From positions 39,928-103,927 of the forward strand of contig CAZWRJ010000001.1 of the NCBI GenBank assembly GCA_964636215.1: DNA of 64,000 nucleotides. The letters are read 5' to 3'. The notes under the pieces were generated by a model. It was not told the DNA's origin, searched no databases, and saw only the letters and a program-made list of their open reading frames with translations. The translations under genes and the position numbers were made by a program. This DNA comes from an uncultured Candidatus Saccharibacteria bacterium (GTDB lineage: Bacteria > Patescibacteriota > Saccharimonadia > Saccharimonadales > CAZJQT01). Below, one piece after another: positions 10,105 to 18,996 of this stretch (the stretch's first letter is position 1; every line of letters begins with the position of its first letter).

Positions 10105-10548
10105 TTATAAATTACTTATTTGCGATAGATGGTCGACAGTTAATATATATGTTTGGAGTTGGGTTCGCGGGACATCTTTAGTCCAAACTTTGACAGCTTT
10201 ACTTATATGACTTTCGAGCTTGCTTAGTAATCTCCGTCCCCGGCTGGTAATTTGGACTTGTCGGCCACGTCGATCGCTGAATAATATTTTTTGTTTTACT
10301 AGCCTCATTTTTACTAAGCTAGTTACTAAAGCGGTTACTTGTGGAAGAGTTACGTCAAGCGCATCAGCTACTTGAGACATGCTAAAGCCACCTCTGTCGG
10401 CTTCAGCAATCACACCTAGCGCTAGCCACTCCATCATGGTTAAAGTCTGGGCTTCAAGCTGGGTTGAAACTATTGTCCTAAGTGCCCGATCAGCACGTGA
10501 ATGCTTTAGACAAAGTTCATGCATTGAAGGAAGAGTAAACCGCTCCAT
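10105..10548 (-). CDS. MarR-family transcriptional regulator
   Basis: 147 aa. Winged-HTH MarR pattern (SQVADALDVTLPQVTALVTSLVKMRLV...DRRGRQV). Confidence 0.8.
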   Translation of the reverse strand: MERFTLPSMHELCLKHSRADRALRTIVSTQLEAQTLTMMEWLALGVIAEADRGGFSMSQVADALDVTLPQVTALVTSLVKMRLVKQKILFSDRRGRQVQITSRGRRLLSKLESHISKAVKVWTKDVPRTQLQTYILTVDHLSQISNL

Positions 10549-10589
10549 AATTTAAATCTAGCATCCCAAAAAAACTTCAGAATGTAAAG

Positions 10590-11546
10590 TTATTTTACGG
10601 CGCGCTCGATATCCTCAAGCCGTTTGCGAATCAACAAGGCGGCTGTGGCACCTTCGCCACTTGCACTGGCTATTTGCATAGTGGCACCACTACGAACATC
10701 TCCAGCAGCAAAAACATTGGCCATGGTAGTTTCGAGTTCGTTGTTTGTTTTAACCATACCAATTGGATCAAGTTCTACCGCGCTTCCATTTAAAAATTCC
10801 GTATTCGGCTTAAGCCCCACAAATACAAACACACCGTCAGTCGGAAACTCTACTTTTTGTTGGGTGGTAGTGTCAGAGCCAACTACTTTAATCACCTTTC
10901 CGTCTTGTCCGACGATTTCGTCTGTAGTGACGCCCAAGTGAACGGTTATTTTGTCTTTATGTTTTTCTAATTCATTAATTAGTATGTCGCTAGCTTTAAT
11001 GGTGCTTCTGACTAACATATCAATGTGGCTTGCAAACTTAGTTAAAAACAGCGCTTCCTGAACAGCCGAATTGCCGCCACCAACCACTACCAGACGTTTA
11101 TCGCGGTAAAAAGCACCATCACAGGTCGCACAGTAATGAACACCACGGGCGTAGTATTCCTGTTCCCCGGGAACACCAATTTTCTTGTAGTCACTACCGG
11201 TGGCAATAAGTACCGTTCTGGCCGTAATATCGCCTTCAGTTGTATGTACTAATACTTGGTTGTCGCCACTTTCTAGTCCAGTGACTTCCCCTAAGCGAAT
11301 ATCAGCACCAAATCGTTCGGCTTGTTCACGAAGTCCATCAGCTAGATCCAGCCCGGCTATGCCTTTAGCAAAACCAGGGTAGTTGTCTACCCAGTCAGTC
11401 ACCGCCGCTAAGCCGCCTATAACACCTTTTTCAAATAAGACTGTCTTTAAGTCCTCTCGGCAGGTATAGATAGCCGCACTGAGAGCTGCCGGACCGGCTC
11501 CAACCATCACCACATCTATTATGTCTGTAGCGTTGTCAGCGCCCAC
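10590..11546 (-). CDS. trxB: thioredoxin-disulfide reductase
   Basis: 318 aa. GAGPAA FAD motif, redox-active CATCDG and GGGNSA NADPH motif. Confidence 0.92.
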   Translation of the reverse strand: MGADNATDIIDVVMVGAGPAALSAAIYTCREDLKTVLFEKGVIGGLAAVTDWVDNYPGFAKGIAGLDLADGLREQAERFGADIRLGEVTGLESGDNQVLVHTTEGDITARTVLIATGSDYKKIGVPGEQEYYARGVHYCATCDGAFYRDKRLVVVGGGNSAVQEALFLTKFASHIDMLVRSTIKASDILINELEKHKDKITVHLGVTTDEIVGQDGKVIKVVGSDTTTQQKVEFPTDGVFVFVGLKPNTEFLNGSAVELDPIGMVKTNNELETTMANVFAAGDVRSGATMQIASASGEGATAALLIRKRLEDIERAVK

Positions 11547-11555
11547 TTAGCTACC

Positions 11556-11804
11556 TTAGACGATCGCTGGTGCTAGTTTTGCGAGATTATAACCAACCAC
11601 CACTTCGCGACTGTCATCTTGTTTAGTCACTACTGTGACCGGCACCGATAAAGTGCCGCTAATTTCGAAAGCTTCCTGTTGCCGTGCTGGTTCCTGGTTA
11701 AGATTAACTTCTTCGTAGTTATAGCCTTTAGCTCCCAGCCAGCGCTTGACCATAACACAGTAAGCGCAAGTGTCAGTGGTAAAAACCGTGATCTTCTTAA
11801 CCAT
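11556..11804 (-). CDS. glutaredoxin/NrdH-like small redox protein
   Basis: 82 aa. CAYC redox motif near the N-terminus, thioredoxin-fold length, adjacent to trxB. Confidence 0.7.
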   Translation of the reverse strand: MVKKITVFTTDTCAYCVMVKRWLGAKGYNYEEVNLNQEPARQQEAFEISGTLSVPVTVVTKQDDSREVVVGYNLAKLAPAIV

Positions 11805-11946
11805 TTTTATACCCTCGTTTCGTTTATTTGTTAGTTAATTTTTAAGTCTAAGCATCATTGTATATGGTGCTATAGCTTTTTGGCAAGCCCCCATATGTTG
11901 TGTTTATGACGTAGTTTATATCTGTTATTTTCCCTTGTGGTTAATT

Positions 11947-12462
11947 TTACTGCTGAATAGACACTAATTCAATGTCAAAAACCATGTCAGCATTAGGCCG
12001 AATGCCGGGTGGAGGCGTAGATCCGTAAGCTTGGGCAGCTGGGATAAGTAGGCGACGGGTTCCGCCAACTTTCATACCAGGAATACCTTTCTGCCACCCC
12101 TCAATAACCTTATTTAAGTCGAGTGGGATTGGTTGACCACCGTGCTTATCGCTACTATCAAATATCACCCCGTCACTAGCATAAGCCCCGGTATAGAGAA
12201 CAGTGATGGAGTCCCCAGGCTTGACTGCTTGGCCACTACCTACTTTAGTGTCGGTGATAACTAGTTTGCTAACGTTACTAACGGGTGTAAAGTTGGCGAT
12301 TTTTTCAACTTGGTCGGTATTTGATGAATTATCTTGGTTTTGTTGATCGGTTTGACTTTGCTGATGTGCTTGCCAAACCACCACAATACTAACAGCCACG
12401 CTGGTACCTAAAAACAATAGGGCGGCCACTAGGGCGAAGGCTCGTTGCAACTTTTTAGCCAT
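11947..12462 (-). CDS. FKBP-type peptidyl-prolyl cis-trans isomerase, membrane-anchored/secreted
   Basis: 171 aa. N-terminal hydrophobic helix and a C-terminal FKBP domain (VLYTGAYASDGVIFDSS...FDIELVSI). Confidence 0.85.
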   Translation of the reverse strand: MAKKLQRAFALVAALLFLGTSVAVSIVVVWQAHQQSQTDQQNQDNSSNTDQVEKIANFTPVSNVSKLVITDTKVGSGQAVKPGDSITVLYTGAYASDGVIFDSSDKHGGQPIPLDLNKVIEGWQKGIPGMKVGGTRRLLIPAAQAYGSTPPPGIRPNADMVFDIELVSIQQ

Positions 12463-12537
12463 TTTTAAATCTCCCCTTTACGCCGCGAGTATAGCTTGAA
12501 GCATCTTGGTTTGGCAACGATTTTATCTGAATATAAA

Positions 12538-14313
12538 CTATCCCGCAATTTCATAAGCCTTAAGTTTGGCACGAGTTTGTTCGCCAGCTTTAACTTTCTG
12601 CAACTTTAATAACTGGTCATAGATGCCGCCACTTTTAGCCAGATCGTCTGGACTACCGACTTCATCTATTTGACCACCTTTGAGGGTAATAATCTGATCA
12701 ACGTGCTGAATGGTGCTGAGACGGTGGGCGATAATGATAGTTGTCCGGCCGCGCATCAGGTGTCTTAGAGCTTCCTGAACCATAGCTTCAGAGCGGCTAT
12801 CCAAACTACTGGTGGCTTCGTCCAAAATTAAAATCGGTGCGTTTTTGAGTAAGGCGCGAGCGATGGCGATACGTTGTTTTTGACCACCGCTTAGCTTTAG
12901 GCCCCTCTCGCCAATTTCAGTATCGTAACCCTTGTCAAACTTGTCGATAAACTCATCAGCATTAGCCGCTTTGGCTGCAGCGATGATCGCTTGGTCGCTG
13001 GCTTTAGGATTGGCATAGCCGATGTTCTCGCGGATAGTACCAGAAAACAGAGCTGGATCCTGGAAGACAATACCGATATTTTCTCTCAGTGAACTCTGAG
13101 TTACTGAGTTAATGTCTTGGTCATCTATCAAGATATGACCAGTGGTTGGTTCATAAAGTCGAAGTAGCAAATTTGTCAGCGTTGTTTTACCCTCACCACT
13201 TTCACCAACTAGAGCAATCTTGGTATCTGGTCGAACAGTCAGGTTGATTTCCTTGAGAACTGGTTGTTTGGCGTCGTAGCCGAAATTAACTTGGTCAAAA
13301 ATAATTTCCCCTTTAGGTACCTCTAGTTTTTGGCTGCCTGGACGATCACTGATCTGCGGCTCAATTGCCATGATCTCAAAGTAGTCACGACTATCGGCTA
13401 TAGCCTTTTGGGTATTATCGACTAGAAAACTAATGGTAAAGATGGGAATTCTAATCTGCTGGGCATAGAGAATAAGGGCTACCGCTTGGCCTGGCGTCAG
13501 TAAACCCTTTGCAGCCGTAACAAATATATAAAGATAAACCATTAGAAAGACAACATTCAGGAACAACCGCCGGCGCACATCGCGTTCGTGCCAGTAATGA
13601 GACTGGGGCTTGTTAATATTGACCATTTTGGTCAGGTGTTTATCAAAAAAGCTTAGTTCCCTTTTTTCTTGAATGAAGCTTTTGACCACTTTGATTTGGC
13701 CAATAGCTTCGGTAAAGCGGCCGCTAGCAATATCGATGTTGGTGTTTTTTTCGGCTTGGTATTTTTGCCACTTGTCGCTGGTCCGGATAGTTAGATAAAT
13801 ATATACCGGATACAGCGAGAAAAGCATTAAAGCTACCGGCCAGCTGTAAAAAGCTACAATCACCAAGGCAAAAACAGTGCTAAAAATAAACTGCAGGAAA
13901 TTGTTACTCAGCATGTTCATGAAATTGGTGATTTGATTGATGGAACGGTTTAGCCGGTTGATAATTTTGCCGCTTAGTTCAGTGTCAAAATATCGCTGCG
14001 GCAGGGTTAGCAGGTGTTCGTAGTAGCGATTGCTAAGCAAGCGTTGTAATTTGGCAGCCATTTGATCACCTAGGTAGCCGTTGATGTTATTTAAAAAGTT
14101 GCCGGCCACATCCATAACGAAAATCAGTATCGCCAGCACCACCACGTAGGAAATACTGGCCGAGGTTCCTTTATGAATTTCATCTATCGCCCAACCACTA
14201 AACAGGGGTAACAGGAGCATAGTAATACTGCTTAAAATGGTCAGAATACTGATCAAGATATAGTAAGACCACAGTTGGCGGGCAGAGGCGAGAATTTTAT
14301 AAATATGTTTCAC
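12538..14313 (-). CDS. ABC transporter, fused permease/ATPase (MsbA-like exporter)
   Basis: Six-TM domain plus Walker A GESGEGKTT, signature LSGGQKQR and Walker B ILILDEATS. Start placed at GTG 14313 (VKHIYKIL...). The track start at 14448 reads into the GC-rich noncoding island and gives a Pro/Arg-rich, non-conserved-looking extension. Confidence 0.85.
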   Translation of the reverse strand: MKHIYKILASARQLWSYYILISILTILSSITMLLLPLFSGWAIDEIHKGTSASISYVVVLAILIFVMDVAGNFLNNINGYLGDQMAAKLQRLLSNRYYEHLLTLPQRYFDTELSGKIINRLNRSINQITNFMNMLSNNFLQFIFSTVFALVIVAFYSWPVALMLFSLYPVYIYLTIRTSDKWQKYQAEKNTNIDIASGRFTEAIGQIKVVKSFIQEKRELSFFDKHLTKMVNINKPQSHYWHERDVRRRLFLNVVFLMVYLYIFVTAAKGLLTPGQAVALILYAQQIRIPIFTISFLVDNTQKAIADSRDYFEIMAIEPQISDRPGSQKLEVPKGEIIFDQVNFGYDAKQPVLKEINLTVRPDTKIALVGESGEGKTTLTNLLLRLYEPTTGHILIDDQDINSVTQSSLRENIGIVFQDPALFSGTIRENIGYANPKASDQAIIAAAKAANADEFIDKFDKGYDTEIGERGLKLSGGQKQRIAIARALLKNAPILILDEATSSLDSRSEAMVQEALRHLMRGRTTIIIAHRLSTIQHVDQIITLKGGQIDEVGSPDDLAKSGGIYDQLLKLQKVKAGEQTRAKLKAYEIAG

Positions 14314-14391
14314 AGGCTTCAAATACTCTAACAGATTAGATGGGTTACGTCCTGCACAAACTATAACTAGCGTTACGGTTTCTGGAAGACG

Positions 14392-14549
14392 GACAGGTGT
14401 GATTAAGGGGAGGGAGCGAGGGGTAATTGGCGATGGCCAATGACACACTCAGGCTCCCTTGCCTCTTTGTTACGCGATGGCGTTCCGGACCCTGTGGCCC
14501 CCCGATTGCAGCCAGCACCCTGGAGGTGCTGGTGGGCGGATGCGTTTGG
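14392..14549. ncRNA. unassigned GC-rich structured module (5' part of the structured island)
   Basis: No credible ORF. Perfect helices at 14412-17/14453-58, with a G.U-containing extension at 14405-11/14459-67. Hairpins at 14426-31/14436-41 and 14512-19/14525-32. The 5' strand of the 14-bp helix 14482-95/14566-79 lies here. 14392-14403 is the left arm of a 12-bp inverted repeat with 14985-96. Strand unresolved. Confidence 0.35.
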
Positions 14550-14925
14550 AGGGATGGAGGACCAGACAGGGTCCGGAACAATTGGAGCTCAAGCAAATGA
14601 ATGCGAGCTCAGCGGTGGTAGTGAAGGTAAGCCCGAATTTCAACGGGTAGTGGGCAGACTCTGCGTGCTGACAGCACACACAAGTCCATACTGGGCAGGC
14701 GGACGGGAGTCCTAGCCGGCTTTTTTGTTACCTTCACTTCTTGGTTAGCTCTGGTGAGCTAACGCGAACATGGAGAGCGACCAATCCTTACAAGACAACC
14801 GCCGAGGAGGCGCTGTGTCCCGAAGAAGCAACCGACTCTCCATGGAACGTTTGCAGCACAGACCCCCACGAACCTGGCTTAAGCGACACGGCGTCGCACA
14901 AACGTTCAGAAATTCACCATCTATA
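14550..14925 (+). ncRNA. rnpB: candidate RNase P RNA (class-A-like motifs, atypical architecture)
   Basis: The + strand carries four motifs in the order they have in E. coli M1 RNA (recalled from memory): GACCAGACAG (14560-69), AAGUCC..AUA..GGGCAGG (14682-99), AACCGCCGA (14797-805) and CCACGAACCUGGCUUA (14866-81). A P4-like pairing is possible between AAG(U)CCA 14682-88 and UGGCUU 14875-80. A P1-like pairing is possible between 14552-61 and 14913-22. Boundaries and identity are tentative, and P12-P18 could not be placed. Confidence 0.4.
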
Positions 14926-15041
14926 GAGACAGTAGCACCAACCTAGTTGGTTAGGCTCGTGTTACTGTCTCTTGCCAAATAAATATCACACCTGTCAAAG
15001 TACGCCCATAAGGGAGCAAAACTCGACCTCAGAGCGAGATC

Positions 15042-15070
15042 ATTCTATACCTTTTAGCTACTGATTTCAA
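15042..15070 (-). promoter_or_regulatory. sigma70-like promoter candidate pointing into the structured island
   Basis: Minus strand TTGAAA (15070-15065), 17 nt, TAGAAT (15047-15042), just downstream of the pheT stop. It conflicts with the + strand assignment of the RNase P-like motifs, so it may be fortuitous in AT-rich DNA. Confidence 0.25.
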
Positions 15071-15091
15071 GAGTTTCTTTAAGGGTGCGAA

Positions 15092-17623
15092 TTATAATCG
15101 TTCGGCACCAAGGGCCTGCTTTGCTAATTTCGCTACTTTATCTAATAAATTATTGACACCCTCATCGGTAAGCGTGGTTTCGAACGAGGCAATATGGAGT
15201 CTTAGAGTAATGTTTTTAGCGGAGGCATTCTTCTGATAAATGTCTAGGGGAGTTAGGGTCATTTGGGTGCTCTCTGGCTTTAGTTTATTAAGATTCTCAA
15301 GCACAAATTTGTAAACCTCGGCGTAAGTTAAGCGATTTGACACCTTGAGTGATAGGTCCTGTTCAACTTTAGGGAAGCGCGGCAATTCTAAGTAAGCGCT
15401 TTCACTTGCTCCCTGGCCTAGGAGCAAGGGTCCAACTTCAAAAGCCGAAGTGTAGGCCGGCAATTTTAAATTGTGCCGGACAGAGGCTTTTAGTTCACCT
15501 ATTACTCCCCAAACTGTTCCCTTGTGGTCTCGCATCAGAGCACTTCTACCTGGTTCGTAAGGCATAGTTAATTGCTTTATCCAGGAGTTTTTAGATAATG
15601 CGCCAGTATCAAACGGCACGAGCGCTACTAAGGTTTGGACCTTAAAATGCTTCAGTAGATGATCCAGATAGATTTTGGCTTGATAGTAGGCAGCGCCTTG
15701 CAGATTTTGGGCAGCCTTGTCGCCAGCTACAAACACAAAACCTACAGCGTTTTGCTCCCTGGGGATGGCTGGTTCATGCTTATCAAATTCTCCTTTCATG
15801 TGCGTTTTACCCAGTTCAAACAAAGCAAATTGATCGTACCCAGCCTTAACATTAAGGTGGACTTTGTCCAGTAAGCTGGGTGTTAAGCTCAGCCGGTAGT
15901 ACTGCAGGTCAGGGCTCGAGGCATTAGACAACTTAAAGGCCTTTGTTTTATCCTGTCCAACTCTATCGAGTAGATTTCCATGTACGAAACTATAAGTAAG
16001 GACTTCGTTGGCACCCGCTCGACTGAGTATTTCACGAATCGACGACTTCAAAACAAGTAGCTGGTTTTTAGAAACTGGCGATAAGTCACGTTTTGGTAAA
16101 ACCAGTGGCAATTGATCATAACCATAAAGTCGACCGACTTCTTCAACTACGTCTTCAGCAATGGCAATATCGGTTCTCCAAAAAGGCGCACTAACTTTGA
16201 GTTCCTGGCGATTATCAGTCCGCTCAACCTTGAATTCCACGTTTTCTAGTATTTTTTGAATATCATCTGGGCTAAGCTCTAAACCTAGTCTTTGGCTAAT
16301 AAAGTCAGCACTGACCCTAACCATTGTCGGAGTCTTAATTTGGCCCTTCAGATCTGTAAGCTTAGTTGGCCGTCCTCCAACTTTCGTCATAGCATTAGTA
16401 ATATCGGCTAGAACTCGGTCGTTTTGAAATGGTGATTGGCCTTTGTTAAAACGAGTTACGGCATCAGTAAATAGACCGTGATGCATGCTGGTTCGTCTGA
16501 TGGTGTACATATCAAAGGTGGCACATTCGATGATTATATTCTTGGTGGTGTCGTCCACTTCGGAGTCAGCGCCGCCCATAACTCCGGCTAATCCCACCAC
16601 TTGTTTGTCTGTAGCAATAATAATATCTTCAGCCTCAAGATTAATAGTTTTGCCTCCCAGTAGGGTAAGCTTTTCGCCTTTCTTGGCCAATCTAGGCATT
16701 AGCGTTGGTGTACTGGTGCTCAAATTCTTGATCTTGTCGTAGTCAAAGGCATGAGTCGGTTGACCAGTTAGGTGCATATAGTAATTAGACCAGTCAACAA
16801 TATTATTGATGGGACGAATGCCGACTCGCGTTAATTGGGCAGCCAGCCAAATTGGGCTAGGGCCCACCTCTATGTCTTCGACAATCTGGGTCATGAACCT
16901 TGGTACCAAACTAGGCACAGGATTAGTGACTTTTAGGTTGAGTTTGGTACTACTCGATTTGTTATTTCTTGACTTTAAATACCAATCAGGGCTTTTAAAA
17001 GCTAGTCCTTGAATACCGGCCAGTTCCCTAGCAACCCCCAAGATGCCGAAACAATCTGGACGATGGGTGAACATCTTGTTCTCTATATCAATAACAGTGT
17101 CGTTAAGCCCATACAAATTCTTAAAGGGGGCTCCGGGCTTAGCTAACTGCGCGCCAACTTCAGCAATATCGATTTCTAGGATTCCGCTGTGATCATCACT
17201 AATACCAAGCTCATGAGCACTAGCTAACATGCCATTACTGACAATGCCTCGAATTTCCCTAGCCTCCAGTACTAGCGGATCCTTGCTAGGCGTTGATGGC
17301 ACAGTGGTGCCTGGTGGCAACCAGGCAACTAGTAATCCAGTTTTAACATTCGGTGCCCCACAAACTACTTCTATATAGCCATTCTTGTCTCGTTTAACAC
17401 CTTTGGTGGCTTTATTGTCGTCAATAAGGCAGACGTGAAGTTTGTCGGCATTTGGGTGTTTTTTACAGGAAACAACTTTAGCAACCACAATTCCGTCGAA
17501 TCTAGGGCTCCATTCCTCAATTTCTTCAATGGCTCCCAGTTGGGCGCCAATTTTTGACAATAATTCATCAGTGGGCAGTTTAAGCTCGGTGTATTGACTA
17601 ATCCAGTTGAGGCTAATTTTCAT
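15092..17623 (-). CDS. pheT: phenylalanine--tRNA ligase beta subunit
   Basis: 843 aa. N-terminal tRNA-binding domain, B3/4, B5 and FDX-ACB-like C-terminus. 4-nt overlap with pheS. Confidence 0.93.
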   Translation of the reverse strand: MKISLNWISQYTELKLPTDELLSKIGAQLGAIEEIEEWSPRFDGIVVAKVVSCKKHPNADKLHVCLIDDNKATKGVKRDKNGYIEVVCGAPNVKTGLLVAWLPPGTTVPSTPSKDPLVLEAREIRGIVSNGMLASAHELGISDDHSGILEIDIAEVGAQLAKPGAPFKNLYGLNDTVIDIENKMFTHRPDCFGILGVARELAGIQGLAFKSPDWYLKSRNNKSSSTKLNLKVTNPVPSLVPRFMTQIVEDIEVGPSPIWLAAQLTRVGIRPINNIVDWSNYYMHLTGQPTHAFDYDKIKNLSTSTPTLMPRLAKKGEKLTLLGGKTINLEAEDIIIATDKQVVGLAGVMGGADSEVDDTTKNIIIECATFDMYTIRRTSMHHGLFTDAVTRFNKGQSPFQNDRVLADITNAMTKVGGRPTKLTDLKGQIKTPTMVRVSADFISQRLGLELSPDDIQKILENVEFKVERTDNRQELKVSAPFWRTDIAIAEDVVEEVGRLYGYDQLPLVLPKRDLSPVSKNQLLVLKSSIREILSRAGANEVLTYSFVHGNLLDRVGQDKTKAFKLSNASSPDLQYYRLSLTPSLLDKVHLNVKAGYDQFALFELGKTHMKGEFDKHEPAIPREQNAVGFVFVAGDKAAQNLQGAAYYQAKIYLDHLLKHFKVQTLVALVPFDTGALSKNSWIKQLTMPYEPGRSALMRDHKGTVWGVIGELKASVRHNLKLPAYTSAFEVGPLLLGQGASESAYLELPRFPKVEQDLSLKVSNRLTYAEVYKFVLENLNKLKPESTQMTLTPLDIYQKNASAKNITLRLHIASFETTLTDEGVNNLLDKVAKLAKQALGAERL

Positions 17624-18675
17624 GAAAATTGCCTCAGAAAGTCGAGTTTGCCCGATTCGAAGTGCCTTACGTCTTCGATGTTATACTTCATCATCACCAG
17701 TCTGTCGATTCCTCCGCCCCAAGCAAATCCGGTGTAGGTGTTCGGATCGATTCCGGCCATCTTTAGCACGTTAGGGTGAATCATGCCACAGCCTAGTAGT
17801 TCAATCCAGCCGGAGTAGGAACAGACATTACAGCCTTTTTTATCACAAAATGGACAGCTTAGAGCAAATTCAAAACTAGGTTCAGTGAACGGAAAATAGA
17901 ATGGCTGAGTCTTGACGTCGATTTCCTTTTGGTAATATTCGCTCAGAAAAGTTTTAAGGGTGGCCATCAGGTTACCGACGTGCATGCCCTTGTCTACATA
18001 GATGCCTTCGTGTTGATAGAAGGTATGTTCGTGACGAGCGTCGAGATCTTCATTACGGAAGACACGGTCGGGGATTAGAACGGCAATTGGTTGGCCTTTT
18101 TCTAGATTAGTCTTATATTTTTTGAGCATGCGGTTTTGCATGGTACTGGTATGAGCCGGTGCAATAAATGGCTGTCCAGTTTTATCTTTCTCTTCAGTCA
18201 TAAAAGTATCGTAGTCGTCGCGAGCGGGGTGGCCTTCTGGGAAGTTAAGGCTACTAAACATATGATATTCGTCGTCTAACTGCCGGGACTCTTCGATATT
18301 AAAACCCATGCGGTAGAAAATATCGGCGATAACTTTAGTTTCGGCCATCAATGGATGCTGGCTGCCGATGTCGCTAGACATTAGTCTCGGACGCTTATCC
18401 GGTTCTACATTAGTGTCAAAGGGGGCAGTGATATCAATCGAGGCAAGTTTTTCTGACTCATCAGAACGAGTTTTTACTACTTGTTCAAGTTCTTTTTTTA
18501 GGAGGTTGACTTCTTTGCCGAATTCACTTCGCTGTTCAGGTTTGAGCTTAGGGATTTCAGCTAGTAAGGTTTTAAGTTCTGGAGCTTTTAATATATCCTC
18601 TTTGGTTTTCAGGGTTTTAAGACGTTTTAGTAATAAGTTTGAAACGTCAGCAATCTGCTCGATTTTATAAGTCAT
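17620..18675 (-). CDS. pheS: phenylalanine--tRNA ligase alpha subunit
   Basis: 351 aa. Class II aaRS motifs (FRNEDLDARHEHTFYQHEG, GFAWGGGIDRL). Confidence 0.95.
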   Translation of the reverse strand: MTYKIEQIADVSNLLLKRLKTLKTKEDILKAPELKTLLAEIPKLKPEQRSEFGKEVNLLKKELEQVVKTRSDESEKLASIDITAPFDTNVEPDKRPRLMSSDIGSQHPLMAETKVIADIFYRMGFNIEESRQLDDEYHMFSSLNFPEGHPARDDYDTFMTEEKDKTGQPFIAPAHTSTMQNRMLKKYKTNLEKGQPIAVLIPDRVFRNEDLDARHEHTFYQHEGIYVDKGMHVGNLMATLKTFLSEYYQKEIDVKTQPFYFPFTEPSFEFALSCPFCDKKGCNVCSYSGWIELLGCGMIHPNVLKMAGIDPNTYTGFAWGGGIDRLVMMKYNIEDVRHFESGKLDFLRQFS

Positions 18676-18716
18676 GTGGAAATTATTGTATCAGATAATA
18701 ACAGATACGACGAAGA

Positions 18717-18745
18717 TTGACTTAAAGATCTTTTTATTATAAAAT
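18717..18745 (+). promoter_or_regulatory. sigma70-like promoter candidate
   Basis: TTGACT (18717-22), 17 nt, TAAAAT (18740-45), upstream of the small membrane ORF at 18802. Confidence 0.4.
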
Positions 18746-18801
18746 AGTATTGATTTTCGCAAATTGCGGGAGTCGTTCTTCGACAGAGTGGAAAGGATGA
18801 G

Positions 18802-18984
18802 ATGAATCACGTTGGTATTGTCGTTTTGGTGATATTGGCGATTTTCTTTGCCATCTGGGGACATTACGTCTCCGGCGAAGGCGCCTCCGGAAAGCACAGC
18901 ATCGTCACGAGAGTGGTAGTCATTCTGCTGTTCGTTGCCCTTGCGATTTGGGTGTTCTGGGGGCTAACCCATGTCTACCACTAG
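18802..18984 (+). CDS. small two-TM membrane protein, hypothetical
   Basis: 60 aa. Two hydrophobic helices (VGIVVLVILAIFFAIW / VVVILLFVALAIWVFWGL). GGAAAGGA RBS-like sequence upstream. Visibly more GC-rich than its neighbours. Confidence 0.5.
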   Translation: MNHVGIVVLVILAIFFAIWGHYVSGEGASGKHSIVTRVVVILLFVALAIWVFWGLTHVYH

Positions 18985-18996
18985 TGAAGCGGTATC

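Noticed and set aside
14314-14448. Track start of the ABC transporter at 14448
   Set aside because: The extension (MCHWPSPITPRSLPLITPVRLPETV...) reads into the GC-rich noncoding island. GTG 14313 gives a typical exporter N-terminus.
14345-14926. Five track ORFs (83, 91, 63, 69 and 61 aa) inside the GC-rich island
   Set aside because: They overlap one another on both strands. Their products are Pro/Gly/Arg/Ser-rich, as expected from random frames in GC-rich structured DNA. They have no RBS. The region is better explained by RNA helices.
14392-14996. tmRNA, SRP RNA or 6S RNA as the identity of the structured island
   Set aside because: Neither strand has a tRNA-like end (GGGG... acceptor plus GGTTCGA-type T-arm plus ACCA). 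There is no SRP domain IV GGAA-tetraloop/AGCAGC motif; GGGUCCGGAAC at 14569-79 is instead one strand of a 14-bp helix. The island is far longer than a 6S or SRP RNA. Only the RNase P-like motifs survived inspection.
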